From: an uncultured Gammaproteobacteria bacterium
Lineage (GTDB): Bacteria > Pseudomonadota > Gammaproteobacteria > Chromatiales > Chromatiaceae
Reading direction: 5' to 3'
DNA: 64,000 nt
NCBI GenBank assembly: GCA_963808165.1
Contig: CAWEET010000023.1
Location: 144,447 to 208,446, forward strand
Under the pieces are notes generated by a model. It saw nothing but the letters and a program-made list of their open reading frames with translations. It was not told where the DNA came from and did no database searches. Position numbers and translations under genes: made by a program. Positions 50,027 to 61,883 of this stretch are shown one piece after another (the stretch's first letter is position 1; each line of letters opens with the position of its first letter).

Positions 50027-50509
50027 TCATTGCGCTGCTGCGAGCCTCCCGTCGATCTCCCGGCGCACGTCTTCGAGGATGCTCACCAGGTCGTTGTACC
50101 AGCGCCCCAGTTGGATCCGCACCTCTTCGTCGGCGAAGTACGGGACCAATGCCTCCGGATTGAGTGCCGCTAGCAGAGTCTCGTCCTTCTCGGCAATGAC
50201 GGCCATTTTCAACGGCAGAAACGAAACCAGTTCCGGGTGACGCTCGGATATCTTGCGCACCTCTTCGATCTTGCCGAAAAATACCACCCGGTAGACATCG
50301 GACTGATAACCGAAATCTGCCATGCCGCCGTCACACAGCTGTAGGTGGGCGATCGCGTATCCATGTTCCTCGATACTGGACTTCACATATTCGAGTACCA
50401 CCTCGGCGCGCAACGGGATCCGACCCATCAGCATGTTCTCCGCACCGGCACTTCCGCCCCACAGCGATGCGATGATCAACAAGAGCATCCCCATACTGCT
50501 TTTGTTCAT
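50027..50509 (-). CDS. Exported DUF302-family protein
   Basis: Signal peptide, SIEEHGY, YRVVFFG, FLPLKMAV; ATGA overlap with the upstream gene. Confidence 0.75.
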   Translation of the reverse strand: MNKSSMGMLLLIIASLWGGSAGAENMLMGRIPLRAEVVLEYVKSSIEEHGYAIAHLQLCDGGMADFGYQSDVYRVVFFGKIEEVRKISERHPELVSFLPLKMAVIAEKDETLLAALNPEALVPYFADEEVRIQLGRWYNDLVSILEDVRREIDGRLAAAQ

Positions 50510-51561
50510 AGCGTCACCTCCTCGATAATCTGAAGGAAAGTCTCCTCCATGCGATCCCACATGCCCACGAGCTCGTCGTTGTTGAACCAACGCGACACAA
50601 CGCGCAGGTTGGGCACCACCAGCACGACCTGCCCGTCCGAGCGTTGCATGATCGTGATCCGACAGGGCAGCACGATGCCCAGCCGCGGCTCTGTTCCCAG
50701 CATCCCGTAGAGCACATTGAAATTGCAGAAACGCACACCGACCTGGCGGGTGTTGACACTGAATTCGTCGATCAGGCCCTGTTCGAGAAAGCGGTCCGGG
50801 AAGATACGGAAGTTGGCGCCTGTAAGGGCCGCCTTGACGTTGGCAAGCGTGGTTTCGAAATCGTAAGGCGACTCGTAGACGTGCGTCGGCCGTTCATCGG
50901 GATCCAGCGGCGCCGGTTTCGCATTCTTCTGTTCCAGTGAGCGCACAAAGGCGACCACGTCATTGATTTCCTCGGCGCTGAGCTTGCCATTACCGAAGGC
51001 CGGCATGTCTGAAGACTCTCTGCCTGCCTCGATGACCCTGTGCATCATCTGGTCGGACACCGAGGCGAGAAAGCCCGGGTTCGATATGGAGGCCGGCATC
51101 ACCAGGAAGGTCCGCTCCCGCGAAAGGGTGACGCCTGTGCCCTCGCCTTCGCCGCTACCGTCCTCACCGTGGCATTTCTGGCAGTGCTCGGCATATACGA
51201 TCGCACCATTGTCGACATTACCGACGACCGGCTCTTCGCTGAGTTCCGGCGCGACCGTGCCGGAGCGCTTGCGCAGGAAGCCCACGATCGCACCGACCTG
51301 GGCATCGCTCATGCGCTGGAATGCCGGCATCACCCGGCCAGGCCGGCCGTTGCGGATGGTCTTGCGCAGATAGTCGTCGCTCATGTCCGCCAGTTTGGCA
51401 TTCGCGAGCGGTAGCCCAATGCCACCCTGGCCTTCCATCTGGTGGCAGGCACTGCAATGCTCAACATACAGGGCACGCCCATCCGGCCCGGCTTGAGCGA
51501 TGCCACTGGCAATGCCCATGAACAGGCACAGGCCATAAACCCAGGCGCGTCGTGATCTCAT
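50506..51561 (-). CDS. Dihaem cytochrome c fused to a DUF302 domain
   Basis: CSACH..MPAF, CQKCH..MPAF, then YDFETTL...FCNF...GIVLPCRITI; start could be 51594. Confidence 0.85.
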   Translation of the reverse strand: MRSRRAWVYGLCLFMGIASGIAQAGPDGRALYVEHCSACHQMEGQGGIGLPLANAKLADMSDDYLRKTIRNGRPGRVMPAFQRMSDAQVGAIVGFLRKRSGTVAPELSEEPVVGNVDNGAIVYAEHCQKCHGEDGSGEGEGTGVTLSRERTFLVMPASISNPGFLASVSDQMMHRVIEAGRESSDMPAFGNGKLSAEEINDVVAFVRSLEQKNAKPAPLDPDERPTHVYESPYDFETTLANVKAALTGANFRIFPDRFLEQGLIDEFSVNTRQVGVRFCNFNVLYGMLGTEPRLGIVLPCRITIMQRSDGQVVLVVPNLRVVSRWFNNDELVGMWDRMEETFLQIIEEVTL

Positions 51562-51599
51562 AGTCAAAACCCTGCTGGCAAAAAAATATTGCACCGCAA

Positions 51600-51617
51600 T
51601 ATTAGCGTATACTGATA
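51600..51617. promoter_or_regulatory. Imperfect palindromic operator candidate
   Basis: TATTAG-N6-CTGATA in the AT-rich promoter of the cytochrome operon; similar site at 8206-8223. Confidence 0.35.
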
Positions 51618-51668
51618 AAAAAGTTTAGGCCGCTTTCGAAACGGTTGAGGCCGATCAAGAACGCCTGC

Positions 51669-53582
<1,914 letters not shown>

Positions 53583-54185
53583 TCAGTTGGAAAAGAAAGT
53601 CTCGTCACGAAACTCGCCACTCATGGCGCTGCGTATCTCATCGGCATCCCGCGTGCCCCGAATGCCGCAGAAATAGTGGTTGAGGAGTTCGGCCCGATAG
53701 TTCGCGGTGCGACTCTTCTTGGCGCTTAGCCAGTTCGCCCGCTTTGCCTTGCGGACCGGCGGGTCACGGCGCGGGTTGGCGTAGGCATAGACCTTGTACT
53801 CCCGCGTCGAACAGCGAAATCCCTCGAAGGTCCCGCTCTCGGCACCGGCGTCGCTACGCACCCACAGCCAGACACGCACCACGCGGTCCTGCGGATCGAC
53901 CGTGATTCGCGTCTCGTCGAACAGCAACTCCAGGTTGCCGGGCAACGCGTCAATCTGAACGGGCCGCAGATCATCGGCCTGGGGCATGGCCAAGACCTTG
54001 GTCTCGTTCTCTATCCAGGGGATGTCGCCGCTGTCATCGTATTCGAAACCGCCGCGCTCGACCTCTCCCCGATAGAGCGGGTCGACGCCCGAGTCGTCGG
54101 CATACAGCGGCCCGGCGATGATCAGCAACATCCCCAGCCAGAGCGGCCCGGATGCGCGGGATAGTCGTTTCTTCGGCTTTTGCAT
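53583..54185 (-). CDS. CNP1-like family exported protein
   Basis: PWIE..LP, SDAGAES, FEGFRCSTREYKVYAY. Confidence 0.7.
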   Translation of the reverse strand: MQKPKKRLSRASGPLWLGMLLIIAGPLYADDSGVDPLYRGEVERGGFEYDDSGDIPWIENETKVLAMPQADDLRPVQIDALPGNLELLFDETRITVDPQDRVVRVWLWVRSDAGAESGTFEGFRCSTREYKVYAYANPRRDPPVRKAKRANWLSAKKSRTANYRAELLNHYFCGIRGTRDADEIRSAMSGEFRDETFFSN

Positions 54186-54285
54186 GGCGGCGCAGTTTAG
54201 CGCGCGCGGTGCCACCTCTGCACCCGCCGGGTTTACCTTATGCAGCCGCCTGCGGTAGTTTCACAGCACATAGCAGGAAAACCCG

Positions 54286-54525
54286 ATGAGCAAGAAGAAA
54301 ACCACACCCGCATCGTTCGAGGACTCGCTGAGCGAACTCGAGGCACTGGTCGATAGCATGGAAAACGGCGAATTGAGTCTCGAAGAGTCCCTCGCCGCGT
54401 TCGAGCGCGGGATCGCCCTGACCCGCAATTGCCAGCAGGCACTGCAAGCAGCAGAGCAAAAGGTCGAGATCCTGACCGCAAGAACGCCGGACGCACCCAC
54501 CGAGCCCTTCGACGATGACGCTTGA
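54286..54525 (+). CDS. xseB: Exodeoxyribonuclease VII small subunit
   Basis: [25 protein letters not shown]. Confidence 0.95.
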   Translation: MSKKKTTPASFEDSLSELEALVDSMENGELSLEESLAAFERGIALTRNCQQALQAAEQKVEILTARTPDAPTEPFDDDA

Positions 54526-55417
54526 CCCCGGTTTTCAGATCTTTCTCGGTGATTGCCGCATCCGGGTCGAACGAGCCCTGGACAAGTGGCTGCCGTCGGA
54601 AAAGACACAACCAGGCCGGCTGCACAGCGCGATGCGCTATGCAGCGCTGGGCGACGGCAAGCGGGTGAGGCCCATGCTGGTCTATTCCGTCGGCCAGGCA
54701 TTGGGCGTCGGGCCCGGCTGTCTCGATGGGGCCGCCTGCGCGGTGGAACTGATCCACGCCTACTCCCTGGTCCACGACGATCTGCCGGCGATGGACGATG
54801 ACGATCTGCGGCGTGGGCGGCCGACCTGTCATCGGGCCTACGACCAGGCAACCGCGATCCTCGCCGGCGACGCCCTGCAGACCCTGGCCTTTCGCGTGTT
54901 GTGCGAAGACGACAGTCTGCGCATGAATCGCGCCGACCGACTGCGCATGATCGGCGAACTCGCGCAGGCGGCAGGTTCGCGCGGCATGGCGGGCGGACAG
55001 GCGCTGGACATGGAAGCGACCGGTCGCGACATCGGTCTGGCCCAACTGGAAAACCTGCACATCCACAAGACCGGGGCCTTGATTCTCGCCAGCGTCCGGC
55101 TGGGTGCACTGGCGGCCGGTGCATCGGCGGACAGCCGCCTGGGCAAGTTGGAACACTATGCAAAGTGCATCGGCCTTGCGTTTCAGGTCCATGACGACGT
55201 ACTGGACGTCGAGGGCGACACCGCTGTCCTGGGCAAGACAGGCGGCAAAGACGCGGCGGCCGACAAGGCCACCTATCCAGCCCTGATCGGCCTGGAGGCC
55301 GCGCGCGAGATGGCGAATGGACTGGTCGACGATGCGCTCGACAGTATCGCCGCCTTTGACGCTACGGCCGACCCCTTGCGTCAACTGGCCCGCTATATCG
55401 TCGGCCGCAGGCACTGA
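54515..55417 (+). CDS. ispA: Farnesyl diphosphate synthase
   Basis: [35 protein letters not shown]. Confidence 0.95.
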   Translation: MTLDPGFQIFLGDCRIRVERALDKWLPSEKTQPGRLHSAMRYAALGDGKRVRPMLVYSVGQALGVGPGCLDGAACAVELIHAYSLVHDDLPAMDDDDLRRGRPTCHRAYDQATAILAGDALQTLAFRVLCEDDSLRMNRADRLRMIGELAQAAGSRGMAGGQALDMEATGRDIGLAQLENLHIHKTGALILASVRLGALAAGASADSRLGKLEHYAKCIGLAFQVHDDVLDVEGDTAVLGKTGGKDAAADKATYPALIGLEAAREMANGLVDDALDSIAAFDATADPLRQLARYIVGRRH

Positions 55418-55581
55418 CGGCTGGTCGCAACCGGACAAATCCGTGGCGCAATCGTCGCCGTAAGGCGATAATTACCAGCCCGGCCATATTTTCTGCGTTG
55501 TTTTGCCGCAGGCTTGTGGCCGGTATAATCCTCAGCAAATCACTCGACTTTAAGGTGCGGGCCTCGCCCGCTCGAACACAC

Positions 55582-56412
55582 ATGACCGCAGCCAACCCCA
55601 AGCCGACCCGCGGCGCCGACATCGAAGACGTGCAAGCCAGCGCCGACACCCGACGTATCGCAATCAACAAGGTCGGGATCAAGGACATCCGCCATCCGGT
55701 TCGGGTACAGGACCGGAGCGAAGGTGAGCAGCACACGATTGCCAATTTCAGTATGTACGTGTTTCTGCCGCACAATTTCAAGGGGACGCATATGTCCCGC
55801 TTCGTCGAGATACTGAACAGCCACGAGCGCGAGATCTCGGTCGAGTCGTTTAAGGACATGCTCAGCGAAATGGTCGACCGGCTCGAGTCAGAACGCGGCC
55901 ACATCGAGATGAACTTCCCCTACTTCGTCAATAAGCGCGCGCCCGTCTCGGGCGTCCAGAGCCTGCTCGATTACGACGTCACGCTGATCGGGGAAATCCG
56001 CGACAGCAAGCCCGAGATGTACGTCAAGGTGGTGGTGCCGACCACGAGTCTGTGTCCCTGCTCGAAGTCGATTTCCGACCGTGGCGCCCACAACCAGCGT
56101 TCACATGTCACCCTGACGGTGCGCACCTGTGATTTCGTCTGGGTGGAGGAACTGATCGATCTGGTGGAAAACGAGGCCTCTTGCGAGTTGTTCGGCCTGC
56201 TCAAGCGCCCTGATGAGAAATACGTCACCGAGCGCGCCTACGATAACCCGAAGTTCGTCGAGGATGTAGTGCGGGACGTCGCCGCCCGGCTCAACGCGGA
56301 CGACCGGATCTGCGCCTACACGGTCGAGGCGGAAAACTTCGAGTCGATACACAACCACTCGGCCTACGCGGTGATCGAGCGCGACAAGGAAGCCGAGCAA
56401 CAGGCCGGCTGA
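55582..56412 (+). CDS. folE2: GTP cyclohydrolase IB
   Basis: [45 protein letters not shown]. Confidence 0.95.
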   Translation: MTAANPKPTRGADIEDVQASADTRRIAINKVGIKDIRHPVRVQDRSEGEQHTIANFSMYVFLPHNFKGTHMSRFVEILNSHEREISVESFKDMLSEMVDRLESERGHIEMNFPYFVNKRAPVSGVQSLLDYDVTLIGEIRDSKPEMYVKVVVPTTSLCPCSKSISDRGAHNQRSHVTLTVRTCDFVWVEELIDLVENEASCELFGLLKRPDEKYVTERAYDNPKFVEDVVRDVAARLNADDRICAYTVEAENFESIHNHSAYAVIERDKEAEQQAG

Positions 56413-56469
56413 GCCTCGACGTCACTCGTTCAACCGACGATCCGCGATCCAGCAGCGCTCCGGCACGTC

Positions 56470-57219
56470 TCAAAGTTTGCCGCGCAGAATCAACAGGTTC
56501 TGGCGCTGGTCGATGTCGAACTCCGACAGCACATTCATGCCCAGCAGCACGTTGCGCGGGCTGTCGCCCTCAATGACGACCGCTTTGACATCGGTCAGCC
56601 GGAACCCGCTGACCGACAGGCTGCGCAGATTGACCAGGTGCCCGGTGGCATCGCCGGATGCCGTTCCGACGGAGATGGGGCGGCCGTCGACGCGGTGCTG
56701 GATCCCGAGGCGCGCTGCGTGCAGCTCGCTCATCGCGATACTGCTGGCACCAGTGTCAACCAGGAAACGCACAGACTGGCCGTTTATCAGCCCATCGACG
56801 AAATAACTGCCGCGGCTGTCCTTGACGATGCGGACCTCGTGCCGCTGTCTCGGGGCATAGCTGGCGCTGACCGCGGAGCCCAAACGCAGTTCCTGGCGTC
56901 TGCCGTCGATTTCTATCACTGCGCTTTTGGGGTCAGCGCTGACCAGCCGCACACCTCCGGGCCCGCTCTTGCCCGCCGCCAGCACCTTGCGCTGTCCGTC
57001 GATCTCGAGCATCGCCTTGCCGGGAAACAGGGCCAGCACACGCACCGAGGGGCCGGCCAGGGCCGCCGTCCCCAGCAGCAGTGTGCAGACGCAGAGAGCC
57101 AGCAGCGTGCCGATGCTCCTCGGCAAACACCCGGCGCCGAAATCGAAGACCGTCGGGCGGACCGGCTTGTGCAGCGATGGCCTGAGCCTCGGTTCAGGCC
57201 TTGAAGTGGTCGAAGCCAC
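56470..57219 (-). CDS. Retropepsin-like aspartic protease (TIGR02281 type)
   Basis: FLVDTGAS, LLGMNVL; true start probably downstream of 57219. Confidence 0.88.
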   Translation of the reverse strand: MASTTSRPEPRLRPSLHKPVRPTVFDFGAGCLPRSIGTLLALCVCTLLLGTAALAGPSVRVLALFPGKAMLEIDGQRKVLAAGKSGPGGVRLVSADPKSAVIEIDGRRQELRLGSAVSASYAPRQRHEVRIVKDSRGSYFVDGLINGQSVRFLVDTGASSIAMSELHAARLGIQHRVDGRPISVGTASGDATGHLVNLRSLSVSGFRLTDVKAVVIEGDSPRNVLLGMNVLSEFDIDQRQNLLILRGKL

Positions 57220-58159
57220 GCGGGACCTCCTGTTTCACCTGTCCATCCGGATAGAGCAGCGTGATGTCACGGTCAGCGGCCAGAAAGCCGATTTCTTGTA
57301 CCGCGTGGCCCGCGTCGCGGCAGGTCTTCAGCAACGTGGCTGCCCGGGCCGGATCCACAGTGAACAGCAGCTCGTAGTCGTCACCACCGGCCAGAGAAAA
57401 CTCCCAGTTGCCGCGCGCCGCCTCCGCGGCCACCAAGTCTGACATGGGCAGGCGGCCGAGCTCGATCACCGCCCCGACGCCGCTCGACTCACAGATATGC
57501 CCGAGGTCTGCCAGCAGGCCGTCGGAGACGTCGATAGCGGCATTGGCCTGCCCGCGCAGCAGCCGCCCAAGCTCGACCCGCGGCACTGGACGATGCAGGC
57601 GCCCGCACAGGTCGTCGGATAGATCTTGACCGCCAGCGTCCCGCTGCAGACGTTGCAGCGCCAGACCGGCGTCACCGAGGGTCCCGCTGACGCAGACACG
57701 ATCGCCCGGGAGGCCGGCGGCTCGGCGCAGGGCCTTGTCCGGCTCGACGAAACCGTGCAGTTGTAGGGTGATGCTCAACGGACCGCGGGTGGTATCGCCA
57801 CCGACCAGCTGTACACGGTGCGCCGCCGCCAACGCCGCGAAGCCTCGCATAAAGCCTCCCAGCCAATCGCTATCGGCCTGTGGCAATGTCACCGACAGCG
57901 TGGCCCAGGCGGGCTCGGCGCCAACCGCTGCGAGATCGCTGAGATTCACCGCCAGCGCCTTGTGGCCGAGATCCATCGGGTCGGCTCCCGCGAAAAAGTG
58001 CCGCCCCTCGACCAGCGTGTCCATACTGACCGCCAGACACTGGCCCGGCGGCGGCTGCAGCAAGGCGCAGTCGTCTCCGATACCGAGCAGCACGTCGGTA
58101 CGCTCCGGCGTGGCTTCGGCGAAATACCGGCGGATCAGGTCGAATTCGGAGACAGACAA
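57194..58159 (-). CDS. thiL: Thiamine-monophosphate kinase
   Basis: EFDLI, GIGDDCA, NLSDLAA, GGDT, DVSDGL, GGDDYEL. Confidence 0.96.
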   Translation of the reverse strand: MSVSEFDLIRRYFAEATPERTDVLLGIGDDCALLQPPPGQCLAVSMDTLVEGRHFFAGADPMDLGHKALAVNLSDLAAVGAEPAWATLSVTLPQADSDWLGGFMRGFAALAAAHRVQLVGGDTTRGPLSITLQLHGFVEPDKALRRAAGLPGDRVCVSGTLGDAGLALQRLQRDAGGQDLSDDLCGRLHRPVPRVELGRLLRGQANAAIDVSDGLLADLGHICESSGVGAVIELGRLPMSDLVAAEAARGNWEFSLAGGDDYELLFTVDPARAATLLKTCRDAGHAVQEIGFLAADRDITLLYPDGQVKQEVPRGFDHFKA

Positions 58160-58171
58160 GGCGCAGGGCGG

Positions 58172-58600
58172 TCAGCGCCGGGCCGCCGTCTCCTGCGGAC
58201 GCAGCGCGCGGGCGGCTTTGTCCAGGACGCCATTGACGTAGCGATGCCCCTGTTCGGCACCGAAGATCTTGGCCAGCTCAACCGCCTCGTTGATCACGAC
58301 ACGATAGGGGATCTCCGGGTGTTCGATAAGCTCGTAGGCGCCGACGCGCAGTATCGCGCGCTCGACCGGGTCCACCGACTCGAGCGCCCGATCGACGCAG
58401 GGCGCCAGGGCCGCGTCCAGAACATCGATACGTGCCGGCACACCGCGCACCAGCTCGCTGAAGTAATCGCCGTCGAACTTCTTTCCGTCCTGCTCCAGCA
58501 TGAAATGATTGATGATGGCAGCGACATCCTGACCGGCCAGCTGCCACTGGTATAGTGCCTGAATCGCCAGGCTGCGCGAACGGCTGCGTTGCCGGCTCAC
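58172..58600 (-). CDS. nusB: Transcription antitermination factor NusB
   Basis: AIQALYQW, VVINEAVELAK, YVNGVLD. Confidence 0.96.
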   Translation of the reverse strand: MSRQRSRSRSLAIQALYQWQLAGQDVAAIINHFMLEQDGKKFDGDYFSELVRGVPARIDVLDAALAPCVDRALESVDPVERAILRVGAYELIEHPEIPYRVVINEAVELAKIFGAEQGHRYVNGVLDKAARALRPQETAARR

Positions 58601-58612
58601 CTTCGTTTTGCC

Positions 58613-59080
58613 TCAGATCTCACGCAACAGATTGACCATTTCGATCGCGGTCGCCGCCGCCTCGCCACCCTTGTTGCCGGCCTTGGTCCCGGCACGTTCG
58701 ATGGCCTGCTCGATGCTGTCCACGGTCAGCACGCCGAACGCAATCGGCACGCCGTGTTTGAGCGTGACCTGGGCCATGCCTTTCACGCACTCGCCCGCCA
58801 CGTACTCGAAATGTGGCGTCCCGCCACGAATCACCGCGCCCAACGCAATGATCGCGTCGTAGTCGCCTTTGCCCGCAATCTTGTCCAGTACCAATGGCAT
58901 CTCGAAGGCCCCAGGCAGGCGCACGACGGTAATGTCGCCATCGTGTGCACCGTGCCGTTTCAGCGTGTCGATGGCACCGGACTCCAGACTGTCGACGATG
59001 AAGCTGTTCCAGCGCGTGACCACGACGCAGAATCGTGCCTTGGTCACGTTCAGGCCACCCTCGATAGTTTTGATGCTCAT
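58613..59080 (-). CDS. ribH: Lumazine synthase
   Basis: [26 protein letters not shown]. Confidence 0.96.
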   Translation of the reverse strand: MSIKTIEGGLNVTKARFCVVVTRWNSFIVDSLESGAIDTLKRHGAHDGDITVVRLPGAFEMPLVLDKIAGKGDYDAIIALGAVIRGGTPHFEYVAGECVKGMAQVTLKHGVPIAFGVLTVDSIEQAIERAGTKAGNKGGEAAATAIEMVNLLREI

Positions 59081-59113
59081 GCAGATTTCCTCTTCAAGCA
59101 TTTTCCCACAGCG

Positions 59114-60229
59114 CTAATCGGTGCTGACGAATTCGACCACCTCGAGGTCGAAACCCGCCAGTGCATGCAGGTGTTTCGGTGCACTCATGACCCGCATCTG
59201 GCGTACCCCGAGATCAACGAGGATCTGAGCCCCGACCCCGATGGTGCGCAGATCGTCATCCTGACGCTGGCTGCGCTCCGGAATCTGATCCTCGACGCCG
59301 TGCCATTTGTAGTCCTGGATACGTTGCACGATGTCGCGCGTGGTGTCGTAGTTGCGCAGAACAACGATGACTCCCTCGCCTTCAGCCGTTACCTGATCCA
59401 TCACCCGGCGCAGCGGCCAACCGCAGTCACGCGTACCCTCGAACAGATCACACAAGGTGTTCTGCACATGCACCCGGACCAGGGTTGGCCGATCAGGGCT
59501 TATCTTGCCCTTCACCAGCGCCAGGTGCATCTCGGCGCCAATGACGTCCTGGTAGGCGAGCAATTGAAAATCACCATGCTGCGTCGGCAGATTGCAGGAT
59601 GTCACCCGTTCGACGGTCTTTTCATGCTGAATCCGGTACTGGATCAGGTCCGCGATGGTACCGATTCTCAAATCGTGCTCGGCGGCGAATTTTTCCAGAT
59701 CTGGACGACGCGCCATGCTGCCGTCTTCATTGAGAATCTCAACGATCACAGCGCTCGGCGAGAAACCGGCCAGGCGCGCCAGGTCGCAACCGGCCTCGGT
59801 GTGCCCGGCACGCACCAGCACCCCGCCTGGCTGCGCCATCAATGGGAAGATGTGCCCCGGTTGCACAAGGTCCTGCGGCTGCGCATCCGTCTTGACTGCC
59901 GCCTGGACCGTGGTCGCGCGGTCGGCCGCGGAGATCCCCGTGGTGACACCCTCCGCCGCCTCGATCGAAACGGTGAAATTGGTCGACTCGAGCTGATTGT
60001 CCGTGTTGACCATCAGCGGCAGACGGAGCTGCCGGCAGCGTGCCTTGGTCAGCGTCAGACAGATCAGCCCGCGGCCGTACTTGGCCATGAAATTGATGAC
60101 CTCGGCCGTAGTGCACTCGGCGGCCGCAACCAGATCGCCCTCGTTTTCGCGATCCTCGTCATCCATTATGATGACCATACGGCCGCGACGCAGGTCGTCG
60201 ATGATTTCTTCGGTGCTGTTAAGTTCCAT
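59114..60229 (-). CDS. ribB: DHBP synthase with degenerate GCH-II-like C-terminal domain (RibBX type)
   Basis: [23 protein letters not shown]; the C-domain lacks the full Zn-binding Cys set. Confidence 0.92.
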   Translation of the reverse strand: MELNSTEEIIDDLRRGRMVIIMDDEDRENEGDLVAAAECTTAEVINFMAKYGRGLICLTLTKARCRQLRLPLMVNTDNQLESTNFTVSIEAAEGVTTGISAADRATTVQAAVKTDAQPQDLVQPGHIFPLMAQPGGVLVRAGHTEAGCDLARLAGFSPSAVIVEILNEDGSMARRPDLEKFAAEHDLRIGTIADLIQYRIQHEKTVERVTSCNLPTQHGDFQLLAYQDVIGAEMHLALVKGKISPDRPTLVRVHVQNTLCDLFEGTRDCGWPLRRVMDQVTAEGEGVIVVLRNYDTTRDIVQRIQDYKWHGVEDQIPERSQRQDDDLRTIGVGAQILVDLGVRQMRVMSAPKHLHALAGFDLEVVEFVSTD

Positions 60230-60295
60230 GCTATCGCATCGGATTCGGCAAACGGTGCAGTTTACCAGTCATTGCCCCAGGGAGAGAATGCCCGA

Positions 60296-60937
60296 ATGAC
60301 TGAATCTGAGGGTGTCATCAAGTATAGGCTCGCGTATCGACCCGGCCCGCTGCCACCGTCGGGCAGTCTGGACGAGCTGTTCCGCTGGTTCAGACGCTGC
60401 CGCGAACGGGGCCTGATCGGCCGCGACCCCGAACGCTACGGGGGCTTCGCGTTCGGCAACATAAGTTGCCGCGCCGCCGGCGGATTCATCATTTCGGGAA
60501 CCCAGACCGGGGGTAATGATTCGCTGCGTGCGGACGACCTGGCCTGGGTTGAGTCTTTCGATGTGGGGCGCAACCGTCTGCTGGCCAGTGGCCCGAGTCG
60601 GCCTTCTTCCGAAGCGATGACCCACGGGCAGATCTATCAGGCACTGCCCGGAGTCAAGGCGGTCATCCACGTCCATTCACCGGCAATCTGGCGCAACGCG
60701 CGGCCGCTGGGCGTCCCGCTGACCGACCCCTCAGCCGCTTACGGCACGCCGCAGATGGCTACCGAAGTCACACGCCTGCTGACCGCCTCGCCACCTCGGA
60801 CGGCGGGCCTGTTCGTCATGGGTGGTCACGAGGACGGCGTGGTCGGCTATGGCAGCGAAATGGACGCTGCCGGTCAATTGCTGATGGACACCCTGGAAGC
60901 TGCGGAGCAGCCGACCGCCGGGGCGACCGCCCCATGA
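60296..60937 (+). CDS. Class II aldolase/adducin family protein
   Basis: EGVIKY, FGNIS, PSSEAMTH, HVHS, YGTP, GHEDG. Confidence 0.88.
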   Translation: MTESEGVIKYRLAYRPGPLPPSGSLDELFRWFRRCRERGLIGRDPERYGGFAFGNISCRAAGGFIISGTQTGGNDSLRADDLAWVESFDVGRNRLLASGPSRPSSEAMTHGQIYQALPGVKAVIHVHSPAIWRNARPLGVPLTDPSAAYGTPQMATEVTRLLTASPPRTAGLFVMGGHEDGVVGYGSEMDAAGQLLMDTLEAAEQPTAGATAP

Positions 60938-61869
60938 GCGGTTCAGCGCAAAAGGCCAAGGGCAAGACCATCTCCCTGGTGCTGGGCAGCGGTGGCGCCC
61001 GCGGACTGGCCCACATCGGCGTGATCCGGGTGCTGGAAAGCCAGGGCTGGAAGATCGGAGCCATCGCCGGCAGTTCGATGGGGGCGCTGATCGGGGGCTT
61101 CCATGCCGCCGGCAAACTCGACGATTATGCCGAATGGGTGCAGGACCTTACCGAGCTCAACGTACTGCGCTATCTCGACATCGCCTGGGGCGGCGCCGGA
61201 TTGATCAAAGGTGAGATGCTGATGGAGACGCTGCAGGAATTCGTCGGCCAGCACCGTATTGAAGACCTGCCGATCGCGCTGACGGTCGTCGCGGCCGACG
61301 TGCTGTCACGCAAGGAGATCTGGCTCACCCGGGGCGATCTGTTCGACGCCATCCGCGCATCGATCGCGGTGCCGACCCTCTTCACACCCCATCTGATCAA
61401 CGGGCGACTGCTGCTCGACGGCGGCATTCTCAACCCGGTGCCGATCGCGCCAACCCTGCAGGACTCCACCGACGCGATTATCGCGGTCAGCCTGTCCGGC
61501 GTGCCGAGAGGGATCGACGGCGGGAGCAGGCGCGCCGCCAAGCCCGCGGGCGAGCAAGCGGCGCCCCGCCATCGCTACCAGAAGAAGATCGACGCATTCA
61601 TCGACAAATTACAGGAAAGCCTCGGCCTCAGCGACGACGAAAGCGACCAACCGAGCCTGTCGCTGACGGAGGCCGCCCTGCTGTCGCTGGACGCGATGCA
61701 GGCCAGCATCGCGCGCTGCATGCTGGCCGCCTATCCACCCGATCTGCTGATCGAGATCCCGATCAATACCTGCGGCGCACACGAGTTTTACCGCGCAAGC
61801 GAGGTGATTGATGTCGGCAGCCATGTGGCTTCGCAGGCTGTCGAGCGTTTCCTCAACCGCAGCGACTGA
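60934..61869 (+). CDS. Patatin-like phospholipase
   Basis: GSGGARG, GSSMG, DGG; ATGA overlap. Confidence 0.92.
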   Translation: MSGSAQKAKGKTISLVLGSGGARGLAHIGVIRVLESQGWKIGAIAGSSMGALIGGFHAAGKLDDYAEWVQDLTELNVLRYLDIAWGGAGLIKGEMLMETLQEFVGQHRIEDLPIALTVVAADVLSRKEIWLTRGDLFDAIRASIAVPTLFTPHLINGRLLLDGGILNPVPIAPTLQDSTDAIIAVSLSGVPRGIDGGSRRAAKPAGEQAAPRHRYQKKIDAFIDKLQESLGLSDDESDQPSLSLTEAALLSLDAMQASIARCMLAAYPPDLLIEIPINTCGAHEFYRASEVIDVGSHVASQAVERFLNRSD

Positions 61870-61883
61870 ACGACTGGGGCCGG

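Noticed and set aside
58589-60295. 782-aa ORF 58589-60937 as one protein
   Set aside because: The first ~570 codons are the antisense shadow of ribH/ribB; only 60296 onward is a real aldolase.
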